A stretch of DNA of 64,000 nucleotides from Polyangiales bacterium (GTDB lineage Bacteria > Myxococcota_A > Polyangia > Polyangiales > JADJQN01): NCBI GenBank assembly GCA_964202905.1, contig CAXNJO010000006.1, forward strand, positions 32,001 through 96,000. The letters are read 5' to 3'. The notes under the pieces are model-generated. The model saw only the letters and a list, made by a program, of their open reading frames with translations, had not been told where the DNA came from and made no database searches. This document shows positions 49,315 through 63,754 of the stretch, one piece after another (positions within the stretch are counted from its first letter, which is position 1; each line of letters starts with the position of its first letter). The position numbers and the translations under genes were made by a program.

Positions 49315-49318
<4 letters not shown>
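48743..49318 (+). CDS. hslV: ATP-dependent protease subunit HslV (true start may be ATG 48756 with a 1-bp error)
   Basis: [52 protein letters not shown]. Confidence 0.95.
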
Positions 49319-50709
<1,391 letters not shown>

Positions 50710-50748
50710 CGCGGGGCTGCGGGCGGCGACCTCGGCCGCGCGTCCCCG

Positions 50749-50810
50749 TCAGGCGCGCAGCGTGCTGTGCGGGTGCGCGGCCCGACGCGCCGCTCAGGCG
50801 CGCAGCGTGC
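50749..50810. repeat. 17-bp direct repeat TCAGGCGCGCAGCGTGC duplicating the 3' end and stop codon of the minus-strand gene
   Basis: Copies at 50749-50765 and 50794-50810. Confidence 0.9.
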
Positions 50811-51531
50811 GGAGGCGTTGGGTCGCCGCGACGCGGCGCCACGTCGCGCCGGCGACGCGCACGGGGGGGTCGCGGTGCGGATCGAAAGCATCGCGCACGC
50901 CGTCCGCGTGGCTGAACACGCTGCCGCGCGCGAGCCGCGGGACGACGCGCCCGAGCGCGCGCCAGAAGCGCGGATCGTCGAAGACCGCCGCGGGCAGGTA
51001 GAACCAGTCGGCGAGCTCGAGGCGCACGGGGCCCGTCGTCCGCGCGAGCGACTCCCACGCGGTCAGTGCGCCCTCGACGTCTCCGCGCGCGCCATGCGCC
51101 CGCGCCCGCGCGAGCACGCCCCCGGCCGTGCGCAGCCGCGCGACCTTCGCGAGCGCCGCGTCGCCGCGCCCTGCGGCGAGCAACTCGGCGGCCTCCGTGA
51201 TCGGACCGGACGGCGCCGTGCGGGCGGCCTCGCGTGCAGCCTCGCGCGCCGCGTGGAGCTCGACGGAGCCCGGCATGTAGCGCAGGGACCGACCGTACGC
51301 GCGTGCGGCTGCGCGCGGCGCGTCGATCAGCTCGCACACCTCGCCGACGAGCGCCCACCCCGGCAGCAAGATGCTGAAATCATTGTCTTTTTTGGAAAGA
51401 GTCGCGAGCGCCGGGAGCAGTTCGTGGCGCAGCCACGCTTCGCCGCGCGGGTGCACGCCCGCGGTGTCGTCCTCGATCGCGTCCGCGAGGATGCGGCGCG
51501 CGTCCTCGAGCGTCGGCAGGCGGCGCGGCAC
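50794..51531 (-). CDS. Hypothetical helical (TPR-like) protein
   Basis: Abuts the argB stop; GC3-rich; helical repeat-like AARAYGRSLRYMP. Confidence 0.6.
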   Translation of the reverse strand: MPRRLPTLEDARRILADAIEDDTAGVHPRGEAWLRHELLPALATLSKKDNDFSILLPGWALVGEVCELIDAPRAAARAYGRSLRYMPGSVELHAAREAAREAARTAPSGPITEAAELLAAGRGDAALAKVARLRTAGGVLARARAHGARGDVEGALTAWESLARTTGPVRLELADWFYLPAAVFDDPRFWRALGRVVPRLARGSVFSHADGVRDAFDPHRDPPVRVAGATWRRVAATQRLRTLRA

Positions 51532-52401
51532 TCAGCGCGTGATCTCGGTGCCGAGGCCGCGGTCGGTGAAGATCTCGAGCAGCATCGCGTGCTTCACGCG
51601 GCCGTCGATGACGTGGACCTTCTTCACGCCGCCGGCGAGCGCCTCGAGGGCGCACTCGACCTTCGGGATCATGCCACCGTCGATGATGCCATCGCGCTCG
51701 AGCGCGCGCGCCTCGTCGGAGGAGAGCGACGAGAGCAGGGCGCCCTCGCGGCCCTTCACGCCCGCGATGTCCGTCATGAGCACGAGCTTCTCGGCGTGCA
51801 GCGCCTCGGCGACCTTGCCGGCGACGGTGTCGGCGTTGACGTTGAGCGACGCGCCCTCGTGGTCGACCGCGACGGGGGCGATGATGGGGATGAAGCCGCC
51901 CGCGATGAGCTGCGCGACGATCTCGGGGTTCACGTGCGTCACGGCCCCGACGCGGCCCGGGTCGACGAGCGCGCCCGACTTCGTGCGCATCTCGGTCACG
52001 CGGACCGCGCGCATGAAGGAGTCGTCCTTGCCGGAGAGCCCGACGGCGCGGCCGCCGTGGCTGCACACGAGCGAGACGATCTCCTGGTTGACCTTGCCGC
52101 CGAGGACCATCTCGACGACGTCCATCGTGCGCTCGTCGGTCACGCGCAGGCCCTGGATGCGCTCGGAGACGACGCCCATCGCGGCGAGCATCTCGTCGAT
52201 CTGCGGGCCGCCGCCGTGGACGACGACGGGGTTGATCCCGACGTACTTCATCAGCACGACGTCGCGCGCGAACGAGCTGCGAAGCTCCGCGTCGATCATC
52301 GCGTGGCCGCCGTACTTGACGACGAAGGTGGCCCCGTGGAAGCGGCGGATGTAGGGGAGCGCTTCGTGGAGCGTCTCGGCCTTCTGGATGATCTCCTGCA
52401 T
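51532..52401 (-). CDS. argB: Acetylglutamate kinase
   Basis: EALPYI, VVKYGG, VVHGGGPQI, GLRVTD, LSGKD, NVNADT, GGMIPKV, LLEIFTDRGLGT. Confidence 0.97.
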   Translation of the reverse strand: MQEIIQKAETLHEALPYIRRFHGATFVVKYGGHAMIDAELRSSFARDVVLMKYVGINPVVVHGGGPQIDEMLAAMGVVSERIQGLRVTDERTMDVVEMVLGGKVNQEIVSLVCSHGGRAVGLSGKDDSFMRAVRVTEMRTKSGALVDPGRVGAVTHVNPEIVAQLIAGGFIPIIAPVAVDHEGASLNVNADTVAGKVAEALHAEKLVLMTDIAGVKGREGALLSSLSSDEARALERDGIIDGGMIPKVECALEALAGGVKKVHVIDGRVKHAMLLEIFTDRGLGTEITR

Positions 52402-52509
52402 GGCGCGCGCGAGTATACAGGCCCGGATCCCCGCCGCGACGGCCGAGATTCGTGGCCGCTCCGTCTAGGCGTCCGGCGCGGTTCGGCGCACGCTGCGTGC
52501 GTGTCCCGA

Positions 52510-55500
52510 ATGCGCGCGCGGCTGGTCCCGGTCGGATGGCTTCTCTCGGTCCTGCTCGCCGCGTGCGCGCCCGCGGGCGCGGGAGGCACGGACGGCGGGG
52601 GCGGGGACGCCGCGGGTCTCGACGCGACGGCACCGCCGACTCTCGACGCTGGCCGCGACGACGACGCGGGCAGCATGGTCGACCGTGATGCGGGCGGGAT
52701 GGTCGATACCGACGCAGGCGGGATGCCTGACGACGACGCGGGCGGGATGCCTGGCGACGACGCGGGCGGGATGGTCGAGGGCGACGCTGGCGGGATGCCT
52801 GACGACGACGCGGGCGGGATGGTCGAGAGCGACGCAGGCGGCATGGTCGACATCGACGCCGGTGCGCCTGCGCGGTGCGGCGACGGCGTCGTGACGGTCG
52901 GCGAGGCGTGCGACGACGGCAACGGGGTCGACACCGACGACTGCACCAACGACTGCACGCTCGGCGACTGCGCGCTCGACCCGGTGGGGCCCACGTGCGG
53001 CTACGTGCACGATGCGCCCCGCACGACGTCGACGGATTTTTCGTACCTGTATCGGCCGACGAATCACCGGCCGAACGAGACGTGGCCCGTGGCCTCCGCC
53101 CTGTGGCACCTCCGCGCCGGCGAATGGGCGGCGGAGTGGAACGAGCAGACGGCGACCTTCGCGCACTTCGGCCGGACCCCGACGGCGCTCGCCTACGGGG
53201 ACCGGGAGGCCGATCCCGCCGCGGCGATCGGCGCGCGACCGGCGCTCCGCACGGCGTTCGCGATCACCCGCGGGAGCGCGCGGGCCACTGCGGATGGCTT
53301 CTGGGGCACGGGCCGCGACGCGACGCACCGCAGCCGCATCGTCGAGGGCGGGCGGTTCCTCAATCGCCTCTGGACGCCGACGGTGGAGTACGGCACGGAC
53401 ACGAGCGTCCGAGGCGAGATCGAGCTGGCGGCCATGCCGCGCCACGTCGTGCTCACGCATCGGGTGCGCTCGGATGCGTGGCCGGCGAGCCCGGTCGGCG
53501 CGGAGGTGCGGCTGGGCGGGGACGCGATCGCGGGGCTCGACCTCGACGCGATCGACTGGCGGGTCCCGGGGCGCGTGGCGCGCGTCACGGACGGCGCCGG
53601 CGTCGGGCTGCTGATCGCGGTCCAGGAGGTCGCCGGGGCGTCGTCGAGCCTGGTCCGGGAGGGCAACGAGCTCGTGGCGCGTCGCGTGTGGGCCGTGCCG
53701 ACGGCGGGGCTCGTCGCCTCGGTGTCGGTCGTGGTCGTGCCGGTCGCTGGGGCGCGCGAGAGCTGGGAGGCGCTCTACGAAGACCCCGCCGCCGTGAGCG
53801 TCCGGTATCAGCTGCTCGACCGCGCGGGCGCCTCCGTGGGGGCCGGCGTGGTCGCCGCGTGGGACGAGACGCTCGGGGCCTACCGCGTGCCGCTCGGCAC
53901 GCTGCGCGCGTCGGGGGCGCCGGGCACGCCCGACTGGACGATGGACGCGACGCACACCTGGTACGGCCGCCATCGCCTCGTGATCGACAGCGCCTTGCCC
54001 GCGCCCGCGCCGGTGCCGCTCGTGATGGGCGCGAGCCCCGGGCTCGTCTGGAACATCACGGGCGGCGTGCCGATCGTCCGCGACGAGGCGGGCGTGTCCC
54101 TCGGCTGGCCGCTGCAGGCCTCGAAGAACTGGCACGCGGGACCGGACAACTTCTTCCGCGTCGTGGCGCACCCGACCTTCGTGGCGGCGGGGCCGGTGAC
54201 GGTGGAGCTCACGATGGCGAGCGCCCGCTGGGGACGCCCCTGGGCGGCGTCGCACGCGCAGCTGAGTCTCGTCGGCTGGAGCGCCGCGGGCGGCCGCTGG
54301 GACGAGTCCGCGATCGGCTGTTTCGGCGAGTCGGTCACGTTCGATCCCGACCAGACGTTGCAGCGCGCGATGATGGACGACGTGCGCCCCGTGCTCGTCC
54401 GCTCGGACCGCGCGTGGAGCTGGACGGGCAACGTCGGCGGCGCGGATTTCCTGCAGTACCGCGACGTGGCCCACGATTACTGGGCGCGGCGGCTGCAAGG
54501 CGTGCGCGTCACGCAGGACGCCCCCGGGCCCCTGCTCACCGATGTCCGCTACGAGGGCGTGTCGTCGGACGGTCGCATCCAGGGTTCGGTGCGCGTGCGG
54601 CTCGCCGCGTCGGACGACCTCGTGCGTCAGTTCATGGACTTCCGATACACGTTCTTGAGTGACGTCGACTACACGCGTCTCGCCTTCTTCCAGGTCGCGG
54701 CCGACAACTATTCGGACAATGGATTCGCGCACGTGGCGTGGGGCAACGTCGATGGCGTGACGGGCTCGAGAGACGTCACCGATCATCGGACGACGGGATA
54801 CGCGTCGGATGGCGAGCGAGGGATTCCCGTCCCCGGCGCCGAGCCCTGGGTGATGCTCTACGACAACCGGCGTGTCGGCGAGACGCTGCCCGAGGAGTTC
54901 GCGGATCTCGGCTTCGTGATTCGGGACTACGAGGCGCGCGTCGGCGACACGGTCGTCACCGAGCCGCACATCAACGTGCGCCAGTCCAACAACGGTCGTT
55001 CGCAGCTGGGCGTGGAGGTCGGGCTCCCGGACGAGCCGATGTCGGCGTGGTGCGGCGCGTCCTGCGCCGGACGCGCCCGCTTCGTGCCGGCGGGCAGCAC
55101 CGTCGCGTTCACGGTCGAGTACGTCGTGCTGCCGGCGGACCCGACGCGGTACTACGGGCCGAGCGACTGGATCCGGGCCCTGCCGCCGAGCGCCTTCCGC
55201 TCGCCCGCGATGATGACCCACGTGGCCCGCGAAGGGGCCGTGACGGTCGAGGCGCACCGGGGCGTGCGCGTGGGCGATGCCCCCGTCACCGTCACGGCCG
55301 ATCGCGGCCCCGTCGCCGCGGAGTTCACCCTGACGGGCGGGCTCGGTTTCGTGCCGGTGACCGTCGTCGGGCTCCCGCGCCCCGATGGGTGGGTGCTCGA
55401 GCGCGAGGCAGCCGGGAGCTGGACGCCGGAGCCGGTGGAGGTCGAGGGCGGCGACGGAGTGCAGTCGTTCTGGGATCCGGTGCGCGCGCACTTCGCGCTG

Positions 55501-55557
55501 ACCTGGAGCGTCCCGAACCGCGGCCGCGCGCGGTATCGCGTGCGCTGGCAGCCCTGA
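52510..55557 (+). CDS. Large lipoprotein: DAGG linker, Myxococcus Cys-rich repeat and a roughly 850-aa domain of unknown function
   Basis: LLAAC lipobox; CGDGVVTVGEACDDGNGVDTDDCTNDC; long Trp/Tyr-rich, beta-rich region. Confidence 0.8.
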   Translation: MRARLVPVGWLLSVLLAACAPAGAGGTDGGGGDAAGLDATAPPTLDAGRDDDAGSMVDRDAGGMVDTDAGGMPDDDAGGMPGDDAGGMVEGDAGGMPDDDAGGMVESDAGGMVDIDAGAPARCGDGVVTVGEACDDGNGVDTDDCTNDCTLGDCALDPVGPTCGYVHDAPRTTSTDFSYLYRPTNHRPNETWPVASALWHLRAGEWAAEWNEQTATFAHFGRTPTALAYGDREADPAAAIGARPALRTAFAITRGSARATADGFWGTGRDATHRSRIVEGGRFLNRLWTPTVEYGTDTSVRGEIELAAMPRHVVLTHRVRSDAWPASPVGAEVRLGGDAIAGLDLDAIDWRVPGRVARVTDGAGVGLLIAVQEVAGASSSLVREGNELVARRVWAVPTAGLVASVSVVVVPVAGARESWEALYEDPAAVSVRYQLLDRAGASVGAGVVAAWDETLGAYRVPLGTLRASGAPGTPDWTMDATHTWYGRHRLVIDSALPAPAPVPLVMGASPGLVWNITGGVPIVRDEAGVSLGWPLQASKNWHAGPDNFFRVVAHPTFVAAGPVTVELTMASARWGRPWAASHAQLSLVGWSAAGGRWDESAIGCFGESVTFDPDQTLQRAMMDDVRPVLVRSDRAWSWTGNVGGADFLQYRDVAHDYWARRLQGVRVTQDAPGPLLTDVRYEGVSSDGRIQGSVRVRLAASDDLVRQFMDFRYTFLSDVDYTRLAFFQVAADNYSDNGFAHVAWGNVDGVTGSRDVTDHRTTGYASDGERGIPVPGAEPWVMLYDNRRVGETLPEEFADLGFVIRDYEARVGDTVVTEPHINVRQSNNGRSQLGVEVGLPDEPMSAWCGASCAGRARFVPAGSTVAFTVEYVVLPADPTRYYGPSDWIRALPPSAFRSPAMMTHVAREGAVTVEAHRGVRVGDAPVTVTADRGPVAAEFTLTGGLGFVPVTVVGLPRPDGWVLEREAAGSWTPEPVEVEGGDGVQSFWDPVRAHFALTWSVPNRGRARYRVRWQP
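52657..52863 (+). repeat. 24-bp (8-aa) coding tandem repeat (xxDAGGMx) x8
   Basis: DDDAGSMVDRDAGGMVDTDAGGMPDDDAGGMPGDDAGGMVEGDAGGMPDDDAGGMVESDAGGMVDIDAG. Confidence 0.9.
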
Positions 55558-55570
55558 GCGAGCGCGTGGC

Positions 55571-57049
55571 GTGTCGTCGGCGTGCGCCGGACGATGCGCG
55601 ACCCGGGGGGCAACGGAGCGCGGCGTGTGGGTGTACACGCGCGTGACCGCACGCCAGACTCCGCGCGTGTGTCGCCCCGCCCCGCTCCGCGCCCGCCGCA
55701 TCTCCGCGCTCGCGTCGTTGTCCGTGCTCGTCGCGCTCGCCGCATGCGGTGACGACGCGGCGCCTCCCGTGGATGCGGGCCCGCCCGACGCGCCCGCGCT
55801 CTGCGTCTTCGACGAGGACTGCGACGACGGGGTCTTCTGCAACGGCGCCGAGGCGTGCCTGCGCAGCGCGAGCGCGGGGCCGGACGGCTGCGCGCCTGCG
55901 CCCGCTGCGCGCTGCCTCCCGCTCGAGCTCTGCCTCGAGGCCGAGCAGCGCTGCGCGACCGACTGCGCGCTCGGGGCCGACGCCGATGGAGACGGGCACG
56001 ATGCCATCTCGTGCGGTGGTGACGATTGCGACGACGGTGACGCGCGCATCTCACCGGACGCGACCGAGACGTGCGACGGAGAGGGGCGCGACGAGGACTG
56101 CGACCCGTCGACGCTCGCGGGCGACGAGGGCGACGGGGACGGCGACGGGGCCGTGCGCGCGGCCTGCTGCAACGCGCAGCCCGACGGCGCGCTCCGCTGC
56201 GGCGACGACTGCGCCGACGCCGAGCCCGGCATCGGGCCGGGCGCTGTGGAGGTCTGCAACCGCCTCGACGACGACTGCGACGGGCGCGTCGACGAGGAGG
56301 GCGGGACCGTCTTCTACGCGGACGCCGACCGCGACGGCTACGGCGACGCCGCGCGCCCCGCGGCGACGGGCTGCCGCGCGCCGGCGGGCACGTCCGCGGA
56401 CGCGCGCGACTGTGACGACGGCGACGCGGCCGTGTCGCCGGGCGCGCGCGAGGTCTGCGACGGAGACGACGAGACCTGCGACGCGCGCAGCGACGAGGGG
56501 TGTCCGACGGGCGCGCTGCGCTTCGTCGACGGCGCCGCCGGTCCGGGCACGGCGGGGAGCGGGAGCATCTTCTTCGACGACCGTTGCCCGGAGGGACACG
56601 CGCTCGTCGGCGTCGCGGCGGCCGTCGACGCGGGGGGCACGGCGAGCGCGGTCGCCGGGCTGTGCGCGCCCGTGACGGTCGTGGCCGACGAGGCGACGCG
56701 CCCGTGGTCGTATGTGTCCGGCGTCGGCGCGGGGCTGCGGCTCGCGGTGCGCGGCGCGGAGGCGGCGCTCGACGAGGCGCGCTGCCCGCCGGGCGCGGTC
56801 GCGGTGTCGATCGGGCCGGGGCTCGCGCTCGGTTGCGCGGCGCTCGGCGTCGAGCGTGCGGCCGACGGCTACGCGCTCTTGCGCGCACCGCCCGAGGGCA
56901 TGGCGGGCCCGGGCGGCGGCACGCCCGCGGGCAGCTTCGCGTGTCCGCCGCGCGAGGTCGCGGTCGGGCTCTTCGGCTACGCGGGGGCGGGCGCGCTCGG
57001 CGTCGACGGAATCCGCTGCGGATCGCCCGTGCTCACGGTTCGGGATTGA
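55571..57049 (+). CDS. Lipoprotein with MopE-like putative metal-binding repeats and a three-repeat Cys-containing C-terminal domain (start likely downstream)
   Basis: LAAC lipobox; DADGDG..DCDD..ISP.A.E.C repeats; three CP.G/R..V(G/S) repeats at the C-terminus. Confidence 0.75.
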   Translation: MSSACAGRCATRGATERGVWVYTRVTARQTPRVCRPAPLRARRISALASLSVLVALAACGDDAAPPVDAGPPDAPALCVFDEDCDDGVFCNGAEACLRSASAGPDGCAPAPAARCLPLELCLEAEQRCATDCALGADADGDGHDAISCGGDDCDDGDARISPDATETCDGEGRDEDCDPSTLAGDEGDGDGDGAVRAACCNAQPDGALRCGDDCADAEPGIGPGAVEVCNRLDDDCDGRVDEEGGTVFYADADRDGYGDAARPAATGCRAPAGTSADARDCDDGDAAVSPGAREVCDGDDETCDARSDEGCPTGALRFVDGAAGPGTAGSGSIFFDDRCPEGHALVGVAAAVDAGGTASAVAGLCAPVTVVADEATRPWSYVSGVGAGLRLAVRGAEAALDEARCPPGAVAVSIGPGLALGCAALGVERAADGYALLRAPPEGMAGPGGGTPAGSFACPPREVAVGLFGYAGAGALGVDGIRCGSPVLTVRD

Positions 57050-57101
57050 GGCCGAGCGTGCTACATGTGCGCAGATGCACGGGGTTTCCGGGGAGCGGTC
57101 G

Positions 57102-58330
57102 ATGACCAACGAAGAGCTCGTCGCGCTCGCGAAGCGCTCGCTGCTCGGCAACTACAAGCAGCCGCCGTTCGTGCTCGTGCGCGGCGAGGGGAGCCGCGTC
57201 GAGGACGCCGATGGGCGCCGTTACCTCGACCTCGCGGCGGGCATCGCCGTCTGCGCGCTCGGGCACGCGCACCCCGCGCTCGCGGACGCCGTCGCGGCGC
57301 AGGCGCGGCGCCTCGTCCACACCTCGAACCTCTTCTACAACGAGCCCTCCGTGCGCCTCGCGGACGCGCTCACGCGGCGCACGGGCTTCGACAAGGTCTT
57401 CTTCTGCAACAGCGGCACCGAGGCCAACGAGGCGCTGCTCAAGCTGGCGCGCCGCTGGCACTACGACCGCGGCGACCGCGAGCGCGTCGAGCTCGTCGCG
57501 ACGCACAACAGCTTCCACGGCCGCACGATGGGCGCGCTCAGCGTCACCGGTCAGCCGAAGTACCACCAGGGCATGGAGCCGCTCGTCGGGGGCGTGCGCT
57601 TCGTCGACTACGGCGACCTCGACGCGGTGCGCGCGGTCGTCGGGCCGCGCACGGCGGCCGTCATCGTCGAGCCGATCCAGGCGGAGGGCGGCATCGTCGT
57701 CGGCACCGACGCGTGGCTCGCGGGGCTCCGCGACGTCTGCGACGCGCACGGCGCGCTGCTGCTCTTCGACGAGATCCAGACGGGCTACGCGCGCACGGGG
57801 ACCTTCCTCTGCCGCGAGCAGAGCGGGGTCTGGCCCGACGCCACCTCGCTCGCGAAGGGCATCGCCGGGGGCTTCCCGCTCGGCGCGCTGCTCGTCTCGG
57901 CGAAGGTCGCCGGCGGCCTGCCGCCCGGCTCGCATGGGACGACCTTCGGCGGCAACCCGGTGGCGTGCGCGGCGGGCCTCGCGATCCTCGAGGTGTTCGA
58001 CGCCGAGGGCGTGCTCGAGCGCGTGAACCGCGAGGGCGCGCACCTCGGTGAGCGGCTCGCGGCCCTCGCCGCCGACGCGACGTTGCCGGCGGCGTCCGAG
58101 TCCCGCGGCAAGGGCCTGCTCCGCGGTCTCCGCGTCGCGCAGGGCTACGACCCGCTCGCCGTCCTCGCGCAGATCCGCGCCGAGGGCGTGCTGCTCTCGA
58201 TCGCGGGCGGGGACGTGCTGCGCTTCTCGCCGTCTCTGCTCGTCACGCGCGACGAGCTCGACGAGGGCCTCGACGTCGTCGAGCGCGTCCTGCGCGCCGC
58301 CGTGCCCGTGGCCCCGGCGGGGGGCGCACC

Positions 58331-58334
<4 letters not shown>
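57102..58334 (+). CDS. argD: Acetylornithine aminotransferase
   Basis: RGEGS, YLDLAAGIAV, FFCNSGTEANE, SFHGRT, EPIQAEGG, FDEIQTG, LAKGIAGG, HGTTFGGNP. Confidence 0.93.
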
Positions 58335-59263
<929 letters not shown>

Positions 59264-59270
59264 CGGCGCG

Positions 59271-60992
59271 ATGTCGAGCGACCTCTCCAAGCGGGTCCCC
59301 ACCCTGGTCGCGGGCGTCGATGTCCGCGCGCTGCCGCTCGGTGCGCTCGAGGGCTTCCTGTTGTCGCGCATCGATGGCGCGCTCGATCTCGGGGAGCTCG
59401 GCGAGGTGACCGGGCTCGGCACGGGCGCCGTGAGCGACCTCGTCGAGCGGCTCGTGTCGCTCGGCGCCGCCGCGTGGAAGGGCGAGACGCAGGCCGCCGG
59501 GACGCAGCGTGCAGCGCCGCAGGGGGCAGCGCCGCAGGGCGTCGTACCCGAGCGCTCCTTCGGGCGCCCGCGCGCCCCGACGCCGACGGGCACCGCGACG
59601 CCATCCGGGCGCGGCGCGCCTTCGCCTCCCGAGGGCAGCCGCCGCGCGAACCCCGTGCCGCCCGGCGTGCCGCGCGCGCTCTACGACCCGATCGAGCTCG
59701 ACGATTACGTCGATCTCGAGCTCGTGCGCCGCCGGCAGATCCTCGACACCTACTACCAGCTCGAGGTGCTCAGCTTCTATCAGCTGCTCGGGGTCGCGCA
59801 GGACGCGGACAAGCAGGCCGTGCGCGCGGCGTATTTCCAGCTCTCGCGCGTGTTCCACCCGGACACGATGTTCCGGAAGCGCCTCGGCTCCTACAAGCCG
59901 AAGATGGAGGCGATCTTCCGGCGTCTGACCGAGGCCTACCAGGTGCTCGGCAAGCCGAAGACGCGCGCGGCCTACGACGAGTACCTCGTCATCCAGCAGG
60001 TCACGCAGGTCACGCAGCGCGAGCTCGCGGCCGGGGAGCAGGTCGCCGCGCGCGCCGCCGCGCGGGCCGGGGCGACGCCGGCCCACGGCATATCGGCCGT
60101 CCCGCGGTCCCACGTCGTCCCGCCGCCTCCGGTCACGCCCGCCACGACGCCTCCCCCGCCGCGCGCGTCCTTTCCGCCGCCCGTCGCGCCCGCGTCGACG
60201 CCTTCGCCCGTCGCGCCTGCGGCGTCCGCCTCCGAGCGCCCGGCGCCGACGGAGGCGAAGCGGCGCCGCGCGCAAGCGCTGCAGCAGTTCCGCCTCCGCG
60301 GCCTCGGGCGCGACCTCGGGATCGGCGCCCCGTCCGGGCCGACGCCGACCTCGACCGCGTCGGCTGCGCGCCGGCCATCGGGGCCGCCCCCCGCGCCGGA
60401 TCCGCAGGTGCAGGCGGCGCGTGAGGGGGTCGGGCGCGGGCTGGTTCAGGCGCTTCAGCAGACGGCGCAGATCACGGGCGGCACGGATCTCGTGGCACGG
60501 CACCTCGCCGACGGCCTGCGCGCCGAGCGCAACGGCAAGCTCGTCGAGGCGGTCAACGCGTTCAACCTCGCGCGCGCCATCGCCCCCGACCGGGAAGACG
60601 TCGCCCACGAGCACGCGCGCGTGCGGCGGCTGCTCGCCGTGGATCTCGCCGACCACTACGTGAAGCAGGCCGCCTACGAAGAGCGGAACGGCAAGTGGGG
60701 GCAGGCCGCGCTCTCGTGGGCGCGCGTCTGCGAGGGGCGCCCGGAGGACCGCGAGGCCCACCGGCGCACGGCCGAGGCGCTCCTCCGCTCGAACGGCGAC
60801 CTGCACCGCGCGCGCTCGTACGCGCAGCGGGCGGTCGAGCTCGGTCCCGACGAGGCGGCGCCGCGCTCGTTGCTCGGTCGCGTCTTCTACGCCGCGGGCC
60901 TGCGCCTCAACGCGAAGCGCGAGCTCGAGCATGCCGCGAGGCTAGACCCCAGCGACGAACTCGTGAAGAATCTCCTCCGCGAACTCAAGTGA
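59271..60992 (+). CDS. J-domain protein with N-terminal winged-helix-like domain and C-terminal TPRs
   Basis: [20 protein letters not shown]-domain; N-terminal GFLLSRIDG; Pro-rich linkers; TPR-like C-terminus. Confidence 0.88.
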   Translation: MSSDLSKRVPTLVAGVDVRALPLGALEGFLLSRIDGALDLGELGEVTGLGTGAVSDLVERLVSLGAAAWKGETQAAGTQRAAPQGAAPQGVVPERSFGRPRAPTPTGTATPSGRGAPSPPEGSRRANPVPPGVPRALYDPIELDDYVDLELVRRRQILDTYYQLEVLSFYQLLGVAQDADKQAVRAAYFQLSRVFHPDTMFRKRLGSYKPKMEAIFRRLTEAYQVLGKPKTRAAYDEYLVIQQVTQVTQRELAAGEQVAARAAARAGATPAHGISAVPRSHVVPPPPVTPATTPPPPRASFPPPVAPASTPSPVAPAASASERPAPTEAKRRRAQALQQFRLRGLGRDLGIGAPSGPTPTSTASAARRPSGPPPAPDPQVQAAREGVGRGLVQALQQTAQITGGTDLVARHLADGLRAERNGKLVEAVNAFNLARAIAPDREDVAHEHARVRRLLAVDLADHYVKQAAYEERNGKWGQAALSWARVCEGRPEDREAHRRTAEALLRSNGDLHRARSYAQRAVELGPDEAAPRSLLGRVFYAAGLRLNAKRELEHAARLDPSDELVKNLLRELK

Positions 60993-61035
60993 GCGTGCGC
61001 GGCGCGCGCGCCCAGTGAAGGACCACGGCACACCC

Positions 61036-62860
<1,825 letters not shown>

Positions 62861-62863
62861 GCC

Positions 62864-63622
62864 ATGACCCCGCGCGGTGACGACCCCGAGCACCCGACCC
62901 CCGGCGCGCCGCCCCCCGGCCGCGCCGCACCGGTCGGCGTGTCCGACGACTCCGATCCCGAGGTCGCGGTCATGCCGCTGCGCCTGCCCGAGGAGTCCGC
63001 GTCGTCGTCGGCGCGGCGCATCTCGTTTCCGCCCCCGCCCTCGCTGCGCGCGCCCGCGCCGGACAGCAGCGCCCCTGACGGTTGGGCGGTCGAGCGTCTC
63101 TCGGTCACCACGTCGCCGCCTCCGCCACGTCGCCCCGTGCGGCCGACCCGCAACCACCGCGTCGCGCGCGGTCATTCCGAGGAGCAGCCGGCACGCCACG
63201 GGAACGCCCTCGACCTCGTCGATCGGAGCCCGACCGTGCTCCCGCTCGTCGACCTCACGAGCGAGATGAGCGACCGCTTCGAGCTCGGCGACTTCTCGGG
63301 GGCGCTCGTCGCCGCGGAGATGCTCCTCGCGCGCGATCCGGGTGATGCGGTCGCGCAGTCCTGCGCGGCCTCGTCGCGCGAGCGGCTCGAGCAGATCTAC
63401 GCGTCGCGGATCGGCTCGCTCACGCGGGTGCCGATGGTCGCCGTGCGCGACGTGGATCTCCGCTGGCTCGGGCTCGATCACCGCGCGGGCTTCCTGCTCT
63501 CGCGCATCGACGGCCACGCCTCGCTCGACGAGGTGCTCGACGTGAGCGGCATGCCGCGCCTCGAGGCGCTTCGCACGCTCGTCGACCTCTGTGAGGCGGG
63601 CGCGCTCACCTTCGACGCCTGA
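62864..63622 (+). CDS. Hypothetical protein with C-terminal winged-helix-like (GFLLSRIDG) domain
   Basis: Disordered Pro-rich N-terminus; [36 protein letters not shown]. Confidence 0.75.
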   Translation: MTPRGDDPEHPTPGAPPPGRAAPVGVSDDSDPEVAVMPLRLPEESASSSARRISFPPPPSLRAPAPDSSAPDGWAVERLSVTTSPPPPRRPVRPTRNHRVARGHSEEQPARHGNALDLVDRSPTVLPLVDLTSEMSDRFELGDFSGALVAAEMLLARDPGDAVAQSCAASSRERLEQIYASRIGSLTRVPMVAVRDVDLRWLGLDHRAGFLLSRIDGHASLDEVLDVSGMPRLEALRTLVDLCEAGALTFDA

Positions 63623-63641
63623 CGGCGCGGCGCACGCGCGG

Positions 63642-63691
63642 CTGCGGGCCGCAAGTTCGCCTGCGGGCCGCACGTCCGCCTGCGGTCCACA
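63642..63691. repeat. Three degenerate 19-bp-period direct repeats (CTGCGG(G/T)CC(G/A)CA core)
   Basis: Units start at 63642, 63661 and 63680. Confidence 0.7.
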
Positions 63692-63754
63692 TCGCGTGCC
63701 GGGGATCGCGCGCGGCGCGAAGCGTGTTAAACTTGCGGCCTCGTGCCTCCAAGT

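Noticed and set aside
52657..52863. 24-bp repeats as a CRISPR array
   Set aside because: In-frame coding tandem repeats with no unique spacers and no cas genes; the same applies to 20555-20730 and 40570-40634
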